Assembly (NCBI GenBank): GCA_963823665.1 | Contig: CAWGMQ010000007.1 | Span: forward strand, 992,001-1,056,000 | Origin: an uncultured Planctomycetota bacterium | Lineage (GTDB): Bacteria > Planctomycetota > Planctomycetia > Isosphaerales > Isosphaeraceae | Direction: 5' to 3' | DNA: 64,000 bases | Part shown: positions 23,601 to 33,198 of the stretch, piece after piece | How positions within the stretch are numbered: the stretch's first letter is position 1 | Layout: each line of letters opens with the position of its first letter | Program-made: the position numbers and the translations under genes | Notes under the pieces: generated by a model | Told to the model about the DNA's origin: nothing | Databases searched by the model: none | Seen by the model: the letters and a program-made list of their open reading frames with translations, nothing else

Positions 23601-24650
23601 GGCACGGCTGGTGAAGGAGCTGAAAAAGGAAGAGGCTGAGCTAGCCAAGACGCGGGCCCGGCAGGCGCAGAACTTAAAGAGCACGCGGGAAGCGCAGCGG
23701 AACCCGAATGCCAAGGAGCGCAAGGAGCAGCTCAGCCGGCTGGCGAAGGAGCAGGCGGAGATCAAGAAAGATCTGGACCGGCAGCTTCAGCGTTTGGCCA
23801 AGCTGAACGCCGAGCGGGCCGCGCGGGCGGGTGAGAACGCGCGGGGCCGGATGGAGCGGCGCTCAGAGCCATCTCGATCAAGACGACGGCGCGGAGGCCG
23901 GTGATGAACAGGAAGAGGCGCTGGCGCAGCTCGAGGATGCGCAGGACGAGCTGGAGGAGGCGCGGCGTGAAGCCGAGGAGCAGCTCGCGGTGGAGCAGCT
24001 CGCTCGGATGGGCGACCGGATCAAGTCACTGGCCGAGCGCCAGGAGAAGGTGGTGTCCGAGACGGCCTCGTACGAGGCGCTGCGGCAGAAGGCGCAGGGC
24101 AGGCTGACGGTTGCCCAGCGGGCGGGGGTGAAGGGGCTCGGGCAGGTTCAATCTGGCCTGAAGGAGGAGACGGGCGAGATGATCGAGAACCTGGAAGGGG
24201 CGCCGGTGTTTGCGCTGACGCTTCGGCGCGCGTCGGGGAGCATGGAAAAAGCCGCGGAGCAGCTCCTGGATCTCAAGACCGACAAGACGACTGAAGATGC
24301 CGCGCGGGCTGCTTCGGATCGATTCAAGCAGCTTCTCGACTCGCTCAAGGCCGATGGTGCCGGAGGTCAGGGCGGCGGCGGTGGAGGCGGTGGCGGCGGT
24401 GGAGGAGGTGGCGGCGGAGGGGGCGGGGGCGGCGACGGCATTCCGGCGACTGCTCAGCTCAAGATGCTCAAGTCGCTCCAGAAGGAAATCAACGATCGAA
24501 CCGAGGCGTTTGACGAGCTGCGCAGGCGCAACAAAGCGTTCACGCCCGAGCAGAATCGGCGAGGTTCAGCGGCTGGGCGACGAGCAGGGAGTTCTGGCGG
24601 ACCTGGTGCGCGACCTGACGCGACCGAGACGGGACGATGGGGAGGAATGA
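20700..24650 (+). CDS. Large membrane-anchored protein with Ig-like region and long coiled coil (DUF4175-like; frameshifts ~22400, ~23855, ~24555)
   Basis: N-terminal TMs, IEERWPGLHDRLAS, D.PP.V Ig modules, long Q/E/A/R/K helical region, SSEAGKS repeats and a poly-Gly tract. GAGGAGG RBS before the GTG start. Confidence 0.75.
22912..22992 (+). repeat. In-frame 21-bp tandem repeat (S[AS]EAGKS) x3 plus a partial copy
   Basis: tcggcggaggcgggcaagtcg / tcgtcggaggcgggcaagtca / tcggctgaggcgggcaagtcg. Confidence 0.85.
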
Positions 24651-25657
24651 TCATGATTGCGAAGTCCATTCGACTGGCCTGCGTGGCGGCACTTGCGCTT
24701 TTCGTTGGCTCGGTTGCGCGCATGCCCAGGAGCCCGGCAAGAGCAAGGATGCGGCGCTCGATTCGTTGCTCGAGGACTTGAAGAAGGACGATCCGGGCGC
24801 CGCGAAGAAGGCCGCCAAGAAGGCGGAGCCGGCACGGGCGAAATCGTCTTCGGACGGATCGGGATCGGGGCAGAAATCGAAGGACGGCGCGGGTCGAGCT
24901 CGGGGACCGGCAAGGCCGGCTCGGCGGCTCAAGGAGGGGGTGGCCCGGCAGGCAAGGCGCGGAAGGCGGCGCCGCTTGCGCCCAAGGACCAGGCACTCGA
25001 CGATCTGCTGGGCAAGCTGGGGGAGAGCAAGGACGAACCGGCGGCGGAAGAGCGGCCGCGAGGGCAGGCGCCGGGCGGCGGCGAGATGACGAAGGGGGCA
25101 AGGGGCGGCGAGCAAGGAGCGAGCCAAGCTTGGCGGCAAGGACAAGGAGATCGACGACCGGCTGGAGCAGCTTGCGGGGCGGAAGCGAAAGCGGCCCAAC
25201 GGCGACGACGGAGAGCGAAGCGGGCCGATCGGCGAGATGATCAAGGAAATGCGCGACGTGGAAAAGCGGCTGGGCAAACCTGATTCCGGTGAAGACACGC
25301 AGGCCAAGCAGAAGCAGATCGTCAAGCACATTGATACGCTGATCGAGCAAGTGAAGCAGTCGGGATCGTCGGCGGGTCGGCTCATGATCAGGCGGCGGGT
25401 GCGGCAGGGCAATCAGCCGGGGCAGCAGGAAGGCGATCAGCAAGGGGCGCTGCCGCAGGGCGCGGGCGATGAAGCCGGAGAAGCCGACGAGCCAGCACTC
25501 GACGGCCGGAGGCAAGGGTGTGTGGGGGCACCTCCCCGACGAGCTGCGTCAGATCATGGACAACACGTTCAAGGAGCAGCCGCTGACCTCGAAGTCGGAG
25601 CTGATCAGCCGGTACTTCCTGTCGGTCGGCAAAGGCACGCTGGTCCGTGAGGAGTGA
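24647..25657 (+). CDS. Secreted low-complexity hypothetical protein (several frameshifts)
   Basis: Signal-like N-terminus (ATGA overlap with the upstream gene), repeated ALDxLL, MRDVEKRL..TQAKQKQIV, and C-terminal VWGHLPDELR..ISRYF. Confidence 0.6.
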
Positions 25658-25707
25658 CGTGATGCCCAGGTTTTCGGTGTCTGCGAAGAGCGGGTATTGT
25701 CGCCGCC

Positions 25708-26772
25708 ATGTCGTTTTTGCCCGCGATCATTCCGGCGGGCGGGCGGGCGGTGGCCCAGGAGACTGTTCGCGACGACGGCAAGTCGGTGGCGGGTTTCGGC
25801 GAATCGCGTCGAGGCGACGTTCCGGAAGGAACGGCCGAGATGATGACGCCCGAGACGGACAAGGCGATCAAGCAGGGGCTGGCGTGGCTGGCGCGGAGCC
25901 AGAACGCGGACGGGTCGTTCGGCGCGGGGACGTATCGCGGCAACATTGCAGTGACGTCCCTGGCCGCGCTCGCGTTCATGGCGTCGGGATCGAGTCCGGG
26001 GCGGGGTCCATACGGGGCGCAGATCGACAAGGCGCTCGTGTATGTGATGGACAACACGTCGCAATCGGGGTTCATCGCGGTGTCGGCATCGTCGACGCAT
26101 GGTCCGATGTATTCGCACGGGTTCGGAACGTTGTTCCTGGCGGAGGCGTATGGCATGACGCATCGGCCGGAGATTCGAGAGAAGCTCCAGAAGGCGGTGC
26201 GGCTGATCATTGACTCGCAGAATCTGGAAGGGGGATGGCGGTATCAGCCGGTGCGGCGTGATGCGGACCTGTCGGTGACGATCTGTCAGATCAATGCGCT
26301 GCGGGCGGCGCGGAACGCGGGGCTGTACGTGCCCAAGGAGACGGTCGCGGCATGCATACTGTATGTGAAGCGGTCGCAGAACCACGATGGCGGTTTCAAG
26401 TACATGCTTCAAGGTGGTGCGAGTGCATTTCCGCGATCGGCCGCAGGGGTTGTGGCGCTGCAGTCCGCGGGGGAGTATGATACCAAGGAGGTGCGGGACG
26501 GGATCAGCTATCTGCGGCAGTACATTCGCGAGATCAAGCTGGGGAATCGATACAGCCACTATTACTACGGGCATTACTATGCGGCGCAGGCGATGTGGCT
26601 GCGGGGTGGGCCGGAGTGGGCGGAGTGGTACCCGGCGATACGCGACGAGCTGATCAGGCGGCAGATGCCCTCGGGCTACTGGTCGGACACGATTTGCAAT
26701 GAATACGGCACGGCGATGGCGCTCATCATCCTGCAGATACCGAACAACTACCTGCCAATCTTCCAGCGATAG
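25708..26772 (+). CDS. Prenyltransferase/squalene oxidase repeat protein, copy 1 (true start probably ATG 25662 via a frameshift)
   Basis: GLAWLARSQNADGSF, QNLEGGWRY, SQNHDGGFKY, QMPSGYW repeats and YGTAMALIIL. Confidence 0.9.
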   Translation: MSFLPAIIPAGGRAVAQETVRDDGKSVAGFGESRRGDVPEGTAEMMTPETDKAIKQGLAWLARSQNADGSFGAGTYRGNIAVTSLAALAFMASGSSPGRGPYGAQIDKALVYVMDNTSQSGFIAVSASSTHGPMYSHGFGTLFLAEAYGMTHRPEIREKLQKAVRLIIDSQNLEGGWRYQPVRRDADLSVTICQINALRAARNAGLYVPKETVAACILYVKRSQNHDGGFKYMLQGGASAFPRSAAGVVALQSAGEYDTKEVRDGISYLRQYIREIKLGNRYSHYYYGHYYAAQAMWLRGGPEWAEWYPAIRDELIRRQMPSGYWSDTICNEYGTAMALIILQIPNNYLPIFQR

Positions 26773-26788
26773 CGATCGAGGTCAGTCA

Positions 26789-27958
26789 ATGCTCATCTTA
26801 GCTTTTGATCAATCGCTCGATCATGCTTCAAGCGGCCGCCTGCCGGACTGCCCTGGATCCCCGAGGTCCTGGGCGCGTGCGGCTCGGATGGCTGCGGCGA
26901 TCCTCGTCGCAGGCATTTTCGCGGGCGGCAGTGCGGCAGCCCAGACGGCGGACCGACCGAAGGCGATCGATGGTTTCGGCGAGGCGCGTCGCGGCGACAT
27001 CCCGGAGGGGACAGCCGAGCTGATGACGAGCGATACGGACAAGACGATCAAGAACGGTCTGGCCTGGCTGGCGCGGAGCCAGAATTCGGATGGATCGTAC
27101 GGTGCGGGTACGTATCGCGGCAACATCGCGGTGACGTCGCTCGCGGCGCTGGCGTTCATGGCCTCGGGCTCGAGCCCCGGACGCGGGCCGTACGGATCAC
27201 AGATCGACAAGGCGCTCGTGTATGTGATGGACAACACTTCGCCGTCGGGCTTCATCGCGGTGGCGGCTTCTTCGACGCATGGTCCGATGTATTCACATGG
27301 ATTTGGCACGTTGTTCCTGGCGGAGGCCTACGGGATGACGCATCGGCCGGAGATCCGGGAGAAGCTGCAGAAAGCGGTGCGGCTGATCATCGACTGCCAG
27401 AACGTGGAAGGGGGCTGGAGGTATCAGCCGCGGCGCACGGATGCGGACCTGTCGGTGACGATCTGTCAGATCAATGCGCTGCGAGCGGCGCGGAATGCGG
27501 GACTGTATGTTCCCAAGGAAACGGTCGCGGCGTGCATCGGGTATGTGAAGCGGTCGCAGAATCCGGACGGAGGGTTCCGGTACATGCTGCAGGGAATTGC
27601 GACCTCGGAGTTTCCGCGCTCGGCGGCGGGAGTGGTGGCGCTTCAGTCGGCGGGGGAGTACGATTCCAAGGAGGTGCGTGACGGCATCGCCTATCTGAAG
27701 CATTACACGCAGGGGTTCCGGCCGGCGCGGCGGAATCATCATTTCTTCTACGGCCAGTATTACGCGGCCCAGGCGATGTGGTTGTTCGGGGGGAGCGAGT
27801 GGACGGAATGGTACACGGCGATCCGGGACGATTTGATCCGCCGGCAATCGCCGGGGGGTTACTGGCAGGACCCGGGGGTGTGCAACGAGTATGGCACAGC
27901 GATGGCCCTCATCATCTTGCAGATTCCCAATGATTATTTGCCGATCTTTCAGCGGTAG
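26789..27958 (+). CDS. Prenyltransferase/squalene oxidase repeat protein, copy 2 (start 26789 or 26888)
   Basis: Same QxxDGxF/W repeats. Mature region nearly collinear with copy 1. Confidence 0.9.
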   Translation: MLILAFDQSLDHASSGRLPDCPGSPRSWARAARMAAAILVAGIFAGGSAAAQTADRPKAIDGFGEARRGDIPEGTAELMTSDTDKTIKNGLAWLARSQNSDGSYGAGTYRGNIAVTSLAALAFMASGSSPGRGPYGSQIDKALVYVMDNTSPSGFIAVAASSTHGPMYSHGFGTLFLAEAYGMTHRPEIREKLQKAVRLIIDCQNVEGGWRYQPRRTDADLSVTICQINALRAARNAGLYVPKETVAACIGYVKRSQNPDGGFRYMLQGIATSEFPRSAAGVVALQSAGEYDSKEVRDGIAYLKHYTQGFRPARRNHHFFYGQYYAAQAMWLFGGSEWTEWYTAIRDDLIRRQSPGGYWQDPGVCNEYGTAMALIILQIPNDYLPIFQR

Positions 27959-28004
27959 GAGTTGTTAGTGGTCGGTTGTCGGGGTCAGTCGTCAGGTTAA
28001 CTCG

Positions 28005-29237
28005 GTGGAGGTGGGCGTGCGGTTTGTGGCTTGGTTGTTGTTGTTGTTGTTGTTGTTGTTCGCGGCGGGTGCTGCTCCGGTGGCGGGTGGGGGGACAGCG
28101 CAGCCAGATCCGAGCTTCACTGCGCTCTTGCTTGACGGGCGCACGGAGAGTGGCCGGCTGGTGTCGCTGGGGCCGGGGGTGATCACGCTGGCTTCCGCGG
28201 AGGGGGCCAAGCACGAGCTGCCGCTCGAGCGAGTTTTCAAATTGACTCGCGAGGCGGCGGAGACGGTTGTTCCGCTCGATCGTTCGATGGTGATCCTGCC
28301 GGAGGGTGATCGTCTGAGGCGGCTCGCGCTGGGGTCTGCGACGGAGACGGCGCTCGAGGTGCAGTCGGACGCTCTGGGCAAGTTGTCGATTCCGCTCGAG
28401 GCGCTCTTGGGCTGGATCACGGTCGAGCCGCGTCTGCGTGACGACGTGGACGCGATCTGGGACCGGGTGCGGACCGAGCCACGCAAGGACGAGGTGGTGT
28501 GGCTTTCGAACGGCGACAGGCTCTCGGGGGGCTTTCTGGGGTATGACCGGGTGCTCAAGCTGCTGTGCGACGGCAAGCCGCGCGAGATCGACCCAGCGCG
28601 GATCGTGGCGGTTGGCTTTGATGCGTCGCTGGTTCAGTATCCGCGGCCGAAGTCGGGATTCCTGGAATTCTTGCTGCACGACGGGACGCGGTTCGGCGCG
28701 ATTGACGGCCGGATCGACCAAGGCAACGTCGAAGCGACTGCGCGGTTCGGTGGAAAGGTGCGGTTTCCGCTGGGCGAGCTGATCGGGGTGTACGTGAGAA
28801 GTGCATCATACGAGTATCTTAGCGAGCGAAAACCGGTGAAGGCGAGTTATTCTGCGTACGTCGGCCCGACGCGCGAGTACCGGCTCGACCGGATGGTCGA
28901 CGGCCATCTGATCGAGCTGGCCGGTCAAACGTATGACCGGGGAATCGGGACGCAGAGCCGAACCTTGCTGGCCTACCGCATCCAGGAGGGCGATCGGCGA
29001 TTCCAGGCGCGGGTGGGGGTGGATGAGCGCGCCGGGCCGGCCGGGAGCGTGGTCTTCCGGGTGCTGGTCGATAAAGAGCAGCGCTACCAGAGCCCGCCGC
29101 TCTCGCATCGTGACGCGCCTCAGGCCATCGACGTGGATCTCGCCGGTGGTAAGTTCTTGATTCTGGATACCGATTTCGGCGAACGAGGCGACATCCGCGA
29201 TTTTGCCGACTGGGCTGAAGCTCGGATCGTGCGGTAG
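28005..29237 (+). CDS. Secreted NPCBM/NEW2 domain protein
   Basis: Poly-Leu signal peptide. C-terminal YDRGIGTQS..FQARVGVD..GSVVFRVLVD..DFADWAEARI. Confidence 0.85.
   Translation: MEVGVRFVAWLLLLLLLLFAAGAAPVAGGGTAQPDPSFTALLLDGRTESGRLVSLGPGVITLASAEGAKHELPLERVFKLTREAAETVVPLDRSMVILPEGDRLRRLALGSATETALEVQSDALGKLSIPLEALLGWITVEPRLRDDVDAIWDRVRTEPRKDEVVWLSNGDRLSGGFLGYDRVLKLLCDGKPREIDPARIVAVGFDASLVQYPRPKSGFLEFLLHDGTRFGAIDGRIDQGNVEATARFGGKVRFPLGELIGVYVRSASYEYLSERKPVKASYSAYVGPTREYRLDRMVDGHLIELAGQTYDRGIGTQSRTLLAYRIQEGDRRFQARVGVDERAGPAGSVVFRVLVDKEQRYQSPPLSHRDAPQAIDVDLAGGKFLILDTDFGERGDIRDFADWAEARIVR
28035..28058 (+). repeat. (TTG)8 microsatellite encoding the signal-peptide poly-Leu
   Basis: Seen directly in the sequence. 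Confidence 0.9.
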
Positions 29238-29354
29238 ACGCTCAAGCGGTGCGAGAGGCGTGCGCACGAGCTGCTTCTTTGCCGGTTGCCTTTTATCGTC
29301 ACTTCTCACAGGCGGCCCTTGCGGCCGTGAAGACCATGGCGGGAGCGAGTAAGA

Positions 29355-30100
29355 GTGGCGCCCGATTCGAGCGATCGGCTGATCGAGCTTGCTCATCTTT
29401 CGTCGGCGGTGGGGCATTACTTGATCAATGCTTATAGTGCGACGGTGAGCAATGCGGAGCTGATTCGCTCGCCCCTGGTCCGGGCGACGGATGTGAGGGA
29501 ACAGGCAGTGCTTGCGAGCTCGATCATCGAGACGGCGCTGCTATGCCTCGAGTGTGGCACGGAAGTTGATCGATCGGGCGCGAAGCGACGGGTGCGCTCG
29601 AGCTTTATGAGGCGAGCGGTGAACCTCGGTACGTGGATTTGAATCAACTGGTGGGTGAGCTGGTTGAACGCGAGCGGCGCTCGGGTGAAGCGGGCATCGA
29701 TTGGCGAATCAACCCGGGTGCGATCCCAGCGATTGCCGGGGACCGACAGCAGCTCGGGGCGATGCTCGAACGATTTGTGCAGAATGCGAAAGAATCGCTG
29801 CCGGGGGGTTCCGGAACGATCGACATATCGACGAGCGTCGACTCTCGAGGCTGGGTGGTCCTCACGATCGGCGACTCAGGGAGCGGGATGAGCCAGGAGG
29901 TCCAGCGGCGAGCAGGCGAGCCGTTCTTCACTACGAAGGATGGACACGCGGGCGTCGGGTTGACGATCGCACAGCTTATCTGGCGGAGGCACCGGGGTGC
30001 GTTTTCGATCGAAAGCTCTCCGGGCGCCGGAACCCGGGTGCGACTGTCGATCCTACCGTCTGTGAGCGTCCCTGAACAGTCGACGAGACCAAAGGCATGA
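29355..30100 (+). CDS. Short histidine kinase-like protein (HisKA-like + HATPase_c; frameshifted)
   Basis: H-box-like SAVGHYLIN, N-box FVQNAKES, DSGSGM, PFFTTK, GVGLTI and GAGT. Stop overlaps the hisH start. Confidence 0.7.
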
Positions 30101-30705
30101 TCGTGATCATCGACTATGGAATGGGAAACCTGAGGAGCGTGCAGAAGGCGATCGAGGCGGTGGGCTCGGCTGCCCTGATCACCTCCGACGCGGCACGGGT
30201 GCGGCAGGCGCGGAAAGTGGTGCTGCCGGGGGTGGGTGCGTTTTGCGACGCGATGGCGGAGCTGCGGAGGACGGGACTCGGTGAGGCATTCTGCGAGGCC
30301 GTGCGGGCGGGCAAGCCATGTTTGGGGGTGTGCCTGGGGTTGCAGCTCCTGTTCGAGAAGAGCTACGAAGACGGCGAGCACGAAGGCTTGGGCCTGCTGC
30401 CGGGTCACGTCGAACGGTTTGCTTCGCGCCCGGGTCTCAAGATTCCGCACATGGGTTGGAACACGTTGCGAATGCTCAAGCCGGTGCCTCTGCTGGCGGG
30501 TCTTGGTCCGGATCTCTCGGTTTATTTCGTACACTCGTACCATGCGGTACCGGAGAACCGAGAGCACGTGGCGGCCGAAGCCGACTATCCCGACCCGTTC
30601 CCGGCGATCGTCTGGCATGAGAACCTGATGGCCTGTCAATTTCATCCGGAGAAGAGCCAGTCGCTGGGGCTGGCGATGTATGCGAATTTTGTGGGGATGG
30701 AGTGA
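30097..30705 (+). CDS. hisH: Imidazole glycerol phosphate synthase subunit HisH
   Basis: IIDYGMGNLRSV, LPGVGAF, GVCLGLQ, PHMGWN, YFVHSY and QFHPEKS. Confidence 0.97.
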   Translation: MIVIIDYGMGNLRSVQKAIEAVGSAALITSDAARVRQARKVVLPGVGAFCDAMAELRRTGLGEAFCEAVRAGKPCLGVCLGLQLLFEKSYEDGEHEGLGLLPGHVERFASRPGLKIPHMGWNTLRMLKPVPLLAGLGPDLSVYFVHSYHAVPENREHVAAEADYPDPFPAIVWHENLMACQFHPEKSQSLGLAMYANFVGME

Positions 30706-30792
30706 GGGTGGATGTTGCGCGGTGTAACCGGAGCTATCGGCATAATCGACGGGCCCGTCCGTGATTCATTGCAGGAAAATGCCGGCAAAAAT

Positions 30793-30921
30793 CAAAAGTG
30801 CCGTCAGGCGTAACCTTGGAGTGTGTCAAGACTTGCTTCAATTCCCCGGAAAAGCTGAAAATGGTGCCGTCAGCGGTAAGTCCAATGCCTGTAAGGCGCT
30901 GACGGCATGACGGCACTTTTG
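30793..30921. repeat. Nested inverted-repeat element (~130 bp)
   Basis: Outer perfect 14-bp IR CAAAAGTGCCGTCA (30793-30806) / TGACGGCACTTTTG (30908-30921). Inner 11-bp IR TGCCGTCAGCG (30865-30875) / CGCTGACGGCA (30897-30907). Confidence 0.7.
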
Positions 30922-30952
30922 GGGGGTAAGCGGCGCTGTGTGCGGGGGGAGA

Positions 30953-31226
30953 GGGGCTGGCAGGAGTGTCGGCCCGGCGCTGTCTAAATGGCTTTCCGTG
31001 ATTCCGGGATGGCGATTCGCCCGGGCATTGCCCACCGGCGTAGCCAGTGGCACGCATCCAGAACTTTCAGCGGGCGGCACACGGAGTTGTGCCTGCTACC
31101 AGAACTTTCAGCGGGCGGCACACGGAGTGTGCCTGCTACACCAGAGCACTGGCAACGTCAGTGCCACCTACCGCCGTCACATGATCGTGCAATGTTATTC
31201 GGGCCGACAGGAGTATCGGCCCCACC
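30953..31226. repeat. Mosaic of REP-like palindromes including a 40/41-bp tandem duplication
   Basis: 31058-31098 and 31099-31138 (ccagaactttcagcgggcggcacacggagt(t)gtgcctgcta). GGC(C/T)G.CAGGAGT(G/A)TCGGCCC at ~30955 and 31201. CACTGGC..CAGTGCC at ~31147. Confidence 0.75.
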
Positions 31227-31322
31227 GCGGCGGACCATGGTCTGGCGACGGGTGCATCAGTTCGGTTAAGTTATGATGTCAAAACGCGGACAGAGCGGTT
31301 CTCCATGACAGGAAACTCCGTG

Positions 31323-32540
31323 ATGGAAGCCTATTTGAGAGTTACCTCGGGGCCGGACGCGGGGCGCACGATCAACCTGAAAGAGGGAGTGAAGCTCACT
31401 ATCGGGCGAGGCGAGAAGTCGGATACGCGGCTCACTGATCTGTCCATGTCGCGGCTTCACTGCGAGCTGACCTGGGAGAACGGCAAGTTCCATCTTGTCG
31501 ATCTGAACAGCGTCGGTGGAACGATGGTGGAAGGGAACCAGATCCAGGAATGCGATGTGAAGCACGGGCAGGAGATTCAAATCGGGGGCACGCGGCTCAA
31601 GCTGCATACGACGGGTATTCCCGATGCCCATACGCTGGTCGCGGCGCAAAAGCCGGCGCGAGAGCTCAAGGCCGACGAGGGGGTGCTGACGGGCAAGAAG
31701 GTGTCGAATTACGAGATCGGGGCGCTGATCGCGAAGGGCCGGACCGGCACAGTTTACAAGGGGCGCGATGCGCGTGACGGCAAGGAGGTGGCCGTCAAGG
31801 TGCTGCATTCGGACTTCACGAGCGATGAGGAGGACGTGCAGCGATTCGTGCGGGCGATGACGACCGTGTGCGAGCTCAAGCACCCGAACCTGGTCGCACT
31901 CTACGGCGCTGGTAAACAGGGCGATACATGCTGGCTGGCGATGGAATACGTCGACGGGGAGCCGCTCACCAAGGTGATCGAACGGATCGGCACGCTGAAC
32001 ATGCTGGAGTGGCGGTTTGCGCTCGGAGTGGGGGTGCACGTCGCGCAGGCGCTCGAGGCGGCGCACGAGAAGCACATCATTCATCGCAACGTCTCGCCGG
32101 AGAGCATCTTGATCCGGACCAAGGACAAGGTTGCCAAGCTGGGGGATATGATGCTTGCGAAGGCGCTCGAGGGGATCAAGGCCAAGCAGATCACCCGTCC
32201 GGGTGAGCTGGTGGGGAACATCGCGTACATGGCGCCCGAGCGAACGAAGAGTGATGTCGAGGTGGATACTCGTGCTGATTTATACGGGCTGGGGGCGACG
32301 ATGTACGCGCTGCTCACGGGGAAGCCGCCGTTCGAGGGCAAGTCGCTCGTGGAGACGATTGCGCAGATCCGGCAGTCCGATCCGGTGCCGCCGAAGAAGT
32401 TTCAGCTTTCGATTCCGGACAAGCTTCAAGACGTCGTGATGGTGCTGCTGGCGAAGCGCCCGGAGTTGCGATATCAGACTCCGGCACAAGCGGCGCGGGC
32501 ACTCGAGCAAGTGGCCAAGTTTCAGGGAGTTTTGGTGTAG
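31323..32540 (+). CDS. FHA-domain Ser/Thr protein kinase-like protein (probable pseudokinase)
   Basis: FHA motifs IGRG..MSRLH..DLNSVGGT. Kinase motifs VAVKVL, YMAPE and DLYGLG, but HRN instead of HRD and DMM instead of DFG. Confidence 0.88.
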   Translation: MEAYLRVTSGPDAGRTINLKEGVKLTIGRGEKSDTRLTDLSMSRLHCELTWENGKFHLVDLNSVGGTMVEGNQIQECDVKHGQEIQIGGTRLKLHTTGIPDAHTLVAAQKPARELKADEGVLTGKKVSNYEIGALIAKGRTGTVYKGRDARDGKEVAVKVLHSDFTSDEEDVQRFVRAMTTVCELKHPNLVALYGAGKQGDTCWLAMEYVDGEPLTKVIERIGTLNMLEWRFALGVGVHVAQALEAAHEKHIIHRNVSPESILIRTKDKVAKLGDMMLAKALEGIKAKQITRPGELVGNIAYMAPERTKSDVEVDTRADLYGLGATMYALLTGKPPFEGKSLVETIAQIRQSDPVPPKKFQLSIPDKLQDVVMVLLAKRPELRYQTPAQAARALEQVAKFQGVLV

Positions 32541-32581
32541 GGTTTTTCGATCCGCGCGCGGCGCTGGCGACCTGGAAGGCG

Positions 32582-32601
32582 CCTCGCTGGCGCGTCGGGT
32601 T
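32582..32601. repeat. REP-like element CCTCGCTGGCGCGTCGGGTT
   Basis: Single intergenic copy here. Resembles the AACCCGACGCGCCAGCGAGG type I recall from Planctomycete genomes. Confidence 0.45.
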
Positions 32602-32698
32602 GGTGTCGCGCTGCCCCGCGGGCACCGGCCGTCGATCGGAAAAGCGGGTCGCTCCATTCTTCCCGGCATGGACGTCAGTCGGAGAGAAGTCGTCAGCC

Positions 32699-33181
32699 AT
32701 GTATGCGCTCAAGCGGATCGCGGCTTATGCGATTGATCTTGCGTTGGTCTGGACGCCTATGGCGCTCCTGCTCGAGTTCGGCGAGCCGCTCGTGGAAGGA
32801 AGTTCGTCACGGCTTCACCTGATCTTGTCTCTGGGGGCATGGGGCCTCACGATCGGGGGGCCCGTGCTCATCAATGGGATTTTGACGGGCCTGACCGGGC
32901 GCTCGCCGGGTAAGCTCATCATGTTCTTGAACGTGAAGGATGCCGGCGGTGATCCGCCGGGAATTGCCAACGGCATTCTGCGCGAGCTGATCAAGGCGGT
33001 GTCGCTGGGGTTTTTCTTCGGGATGATCTGGGCGCTCCAGGGGATCGTGACTCGCGAACAAACGTTCTACGATCAGTGGCTCGACCTCGATGTCGAGGAT
33101 TTGAAGCCGTATGGTCTGACCGAGACGCAGAAGAACTGGCGAAAGTACCACCGGAATCTGGCGCGAAAGAACAGGAAGTGA
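32699..33181 (+). CDS. RDD family membrane protein
   Basis: KRIAAYAID, GRSPGKLIM..V, LRE and QTFYDQW. Confidence 0.8.
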   Translation: MYALKRIAAYAIDLALVWTPMALLLEFGEPLVEGSSSRLHLILSLGAWGLTIGGPVLINGILTGLTGRSPGKLIMFLNVKDAGGDPPGIANGILRELIKAVSLGFFFGMIWALQGIVTREQTFYDQWLDLDVEDLKPYGLTETQKNWRKYHRNLARKNRK

Positions 33182-33198
33182 GCGGGGCAGCGGGGCTG

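Noticed and set aside
25708..27958. Squalene-hopene cyclase / terpene biosynthetic cluster
   Set aside because: The proteins are ~350 aa single-barrel, have signal-like leaders, lack DxDD, and have no isoprenoid genes nearby.
31058..31138. Possible mini CRISPR array
   Set aside because: Only two abutting units with no unique spacers and no cas genes, and the motif recurs as a dispersed palindrome.
31256..31284. Second dif-like sequence (AGTTCGGTTAA..TGATGTCAAAA)
   Set aside because: Arm spacing is 4 bp rather than 6. More likely part of the kinase promoter.
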